Part shown: positions 62,074 to 64,000 of the stretch, piece by piece
How the letters are laid out: each line of letters opens with the position of its first letter
Position numbering within the stretch: position 1 is the stretch's first letter
Notes under the pieces: model-generated
The model's database searches: none
Told to the model about the DNA's origin: nothing
Seen by the model: only the letters and a program-made list of their open reading frames with translations
Made by a program: the position numbers and the translations under genes
Assembly: GCA_039026935.1 (NCBI GenBank)
Contig: JBCCLK010000003.1
Location: forward strand, 61,478 to 125,477
Reading direction: 5' to 3'
Origin: Pseudomonadota bacterium
GTDB taxonomy: Bacteria; Pseudomonadota; Alphaproteobacteria; Rhizobiales; MH13
Length of the DNA stretch: 64,000 nt

Positions 62074-62158
62074 TGGTGGGGGAGGCTGGATTCGAACCAG
62101 CGTACGCTAAGCGAACGGATTTACAGTCCGTCTCCTTTAACCACTCGGACACTCCCCC
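62074..62158 (-). tRNA. tRNA-Tyr (GTA)
   Basis: GGGGGAG...CTGTAAA anticodon loop, long variable arm, GGTTCGAATCC...CTCCCCCACCA, 85 nt. Confidence 0.97.
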
Positions 62159-62175
62159 CGAGCAAAGCGAATGTG

Positions 62176-62204
62176 CTGCTATCAGGGGGTTTTTACAGGT
62201 GCAA
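62176..62204 (-). promoter_or_regulatory. Candidate promoter of the tRNA-Tyr/tRNA-Gly pair
   Basis: Minus strand TTGCAC-N17-TAGCAG just upstream of tRNA-Tyr. Confidence 0.4.
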
Positions 62205-62556
62205 GGGGTCTGGTCAAAAAAGAGCGTTGTGCACAACGGTCCGTCCGTTGTGCAAAATCATGTTCTGCGGGCGTTCTTACCGCTCCTCATTTCAAAGGTA
62301 GATGGGGTCGTGCGGATCATCGCTTGTGGGGACCGTCACTAAGAGAATAAGGCGATCAATTAGCTCCCACCTAACCGCAGGCAATATCTCAGACACGAAA
62401 GCTGCACGGGTGTTGTTAGCAAGATTGATGGATACCTAGACCGCCTCATACCTTGGAAAATGAGGGCTGCCATGCAAGTGTTGTGATCATTCAAAGCAAA
62501 ATGCAGTCTGAGGGATATCGGCTTACATGAAACACCCTATCGAAGGACCATGTTCG

Positions 62557-62916
62557 ATGAGATATCGACACATATCTGAACCGGTTATTGCGTTGATACT
62601 GCAAGGATTTATCTTCGTTGCGGCATGGCTCGTCTGGCCGACCGCTTCAATTGCCCAGGACGTTGATCCCGATGTGGATGATGTCATCGTTCTTGAAGAG
62701 GTGCTGTGCAAGGAACTTATGGGTCAATCTGGCGACGACCGGGATCGCTCGATCTCTTTTCTGCATGGCTTTGTTCTGGGTGACTTGGGCCAAAGCGAAT
62801 TTACGGTTGGGGACATTGTCAGTGTGGAACAGGTCTTCTTCGATACCTGTCTCGACAATCCTAACGACCCAGCGTTGAGCGTCATGAAATCTGCATATGG
62901 TTCTAGCGATGAGTAG
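62557..62916 (+). CDS. Small exported acidic protein, HdeA/HdeB-like
   Basis: Signal peptide ending ASIA-Q; two Cys in LCKELM and DTCLDNP; FLHGF helix; start uncertain. Confidence 0.6.
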   Translation: MRYRHISEPVIALILQGFIFVAAWLVWPTASIAQDVDPDVDDVIVLEEVLCKELMGQSGDDRDRSISFLHGFVLGDLGQSEFTVGDIVSVEQVFFDTCLDNPNDPALSVMKSAYGSSDE

Positions 62917-63250
62917 GGACATTGTCGGCGCCATCACGCGGCGTGGGTTTCTTAGCAGCCTTTTCGCAATGACCGTTGTAACAACAGCGTTCGCCAAGAC
63001 CTCCAAGAAGCCCGAATTGGAATTGGAAGAAAGCAAGCTTGACCTGGGTGGAACGCCGCAAGACAGCAGTGATTATGTTGCCCAGCGACCCCCTCCACCA
63101 CCGCCGCGCGGCCGCCACTCGAGCTCTCGAGCACGCGCGGTACATCGTCGCCACGGCGCAATTGCGTTTCGCCGGACACGGCAAGGTGGGGCGGCATTCG
63201 TGCGGCGCAGATCTTCCCGACCGCCGCCTATAGCTCGGCATCGCCGATGA
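62909..63250 (+). CDS. Hypothetical Tat-signal protein with a Pro/Arg-rich tail
   Basis: ITRRGFL twin-arginine motif, hydrophobic stretch, AFA cleavage site; start overlaps the upstream stop. Confidence 0.55.
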   Translation: MSRDIVGAITRRGFLSSLFAMTVVTTAFAKTSKKPELELEESKLDLGGTPQDSSDYVAQRPPPPPPRGRHSSSRARAVHRRHGAIAFRRTRQGGAAFVRRRSSRPPPIARHRR

Positions 63251-63553
63251 GAATAGTAGGGGTTGATTGACGTACCCCTCGTCATCCGCAGCACGGAGTA
63301 AGCTCGCAGAATGCACGGCTTGGGGGCTTGGTTCGTGCCTAGGGACTATCATTCAGCGGCCACTCAACCACTGGAACCGAACCTTTTTCAAAATTGGACG
63401 ACAGTCAGCTTCGAACCTCAATCTTCCGAATGCTGCGCTATGCAGGGATGTTCGCTCTGTTAACGTATCCCCTCGCCGGGTCGAGTTCGACGCGACGTTC
63501 AAAAACCTCTTTGCTCAGAAGTCTGCCTCGAAAACGCCCGCTACCTAACCCCC

Positions 63554-64000
63554 ATGAACGATACCACCAAACAAAACCGACCACGTTCCGGCTTTGCGCG
63601 CATGAAAAAAGCGCAAGCAGCGCGTCGTGCCGGTGAAACGAAAGACGAGCGTCAGCGTCGTTTCGCACCCAAATCGCCGGTAAAGCAGATGGACGTGCCC
63701 TATCATTTGCATGGATTGCACGCCGTACAGGCGGCCATCCTCAACCCAAGGAGGGGTGTCCGTAAACTTCTGGCCACGCAGAACGCACTTGACCGAATCG
63801 ACGTCAGCGCGCGGCCCAATCTCAATGTAGAGACTGTAACGCCAAAGGCGCTCGATGAACTGCTGGGGTCAGGTACCGTACATCAAGGTCTAGCAGCTCT
63901 CATTGATCCGTTACCCTCGCGGACACTCGAATCGCCCTACCCAGCCCTTTCGATCATGCTCGATCAGGTGACCGATCCGCATAATGTCGGTGCAATCGTG
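63554..64000 (+). CDS. rlmB: 23S rRNA 2'-O-methyltransferase, TrmH/SpoU family (partial)
   Basis: MNDTTK...LHGLHAVQAAILNP...VHQGL...LDQVTDPHNVGAIV; runs off the window end. Confidence 0.9.
   Translation, partial: MNDTTKQNRPRSGFARMKKAQAARRAGETKDERQRRFAPKSPVKQMDVPYHLHGLHAVQAAILNPRRGVRKLLATQNALDRIDVSARPNLNVETVTPKALDELLGSGTVHQGLAALIDPLPSRTLESPYPALSIMLDQVTDPHNVGAIV

Noticed and set aside
1-64000. CRISPR array, rRNA, prophage, defence, retron or toxin-antitoxin system
   Set aside because: No regularly spaced repeats and no nuclease, reverse transcriptase, phage or rRNA signatures were seen.

Overview
Alphaproteobacterial (Rhizobiales/Hyphomicrobiales-like) chromosomal window. Bases 1-15.4 kb carry the minus-strand tuf-S10-spc-alpha ribosomal protein cluster (tuf through a partial rpoA). 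Bases 61.9-64 kb carry tRNA-Gly(TCC), tRNA-Tyr(GTA), two small exported-protein genes and the start of rlmB. tuf is not preceded by fusA. Between tuf and tRNA-Gly lies a ~46 kb accessory catabolic region with no integrase and no visible att repeat, built from four modules meeting tail-to-tail. (A) GntR-regulated: TRAP transporter, LeuCD-like hydratase, tautomerase-SnoaL fusion, hydantoinase/oxoprolinase A/B, Cys-less isochorismatase-family protein, ICL-family lyase, FAD oxidoreductase and glutaryl-CoA dehydrogenase. (B) MarR-regulated: peptide ABC transporter, creatininase, ApbA-like reductase, SDR and M20 hydrolase. (C) LacI-regulated: sugar ABC transporter, BtpA, TenA_E, phosphotriesterase-like protein, DUF1355 protein and PfkB kinase. 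(D) Nucleobase-type: NMT1 ABC transporter, deaminase, FAD-Moco-fused xanthine-dehydrogenase-like enzyme, 2OG-Fe(II) oxygenases and several internally collapsed pseudogenes, with sigma54-like promoters. Module A is the best candidate for an undescribed pathway. All family calls come from motif recognition by eye; substrates are inference.
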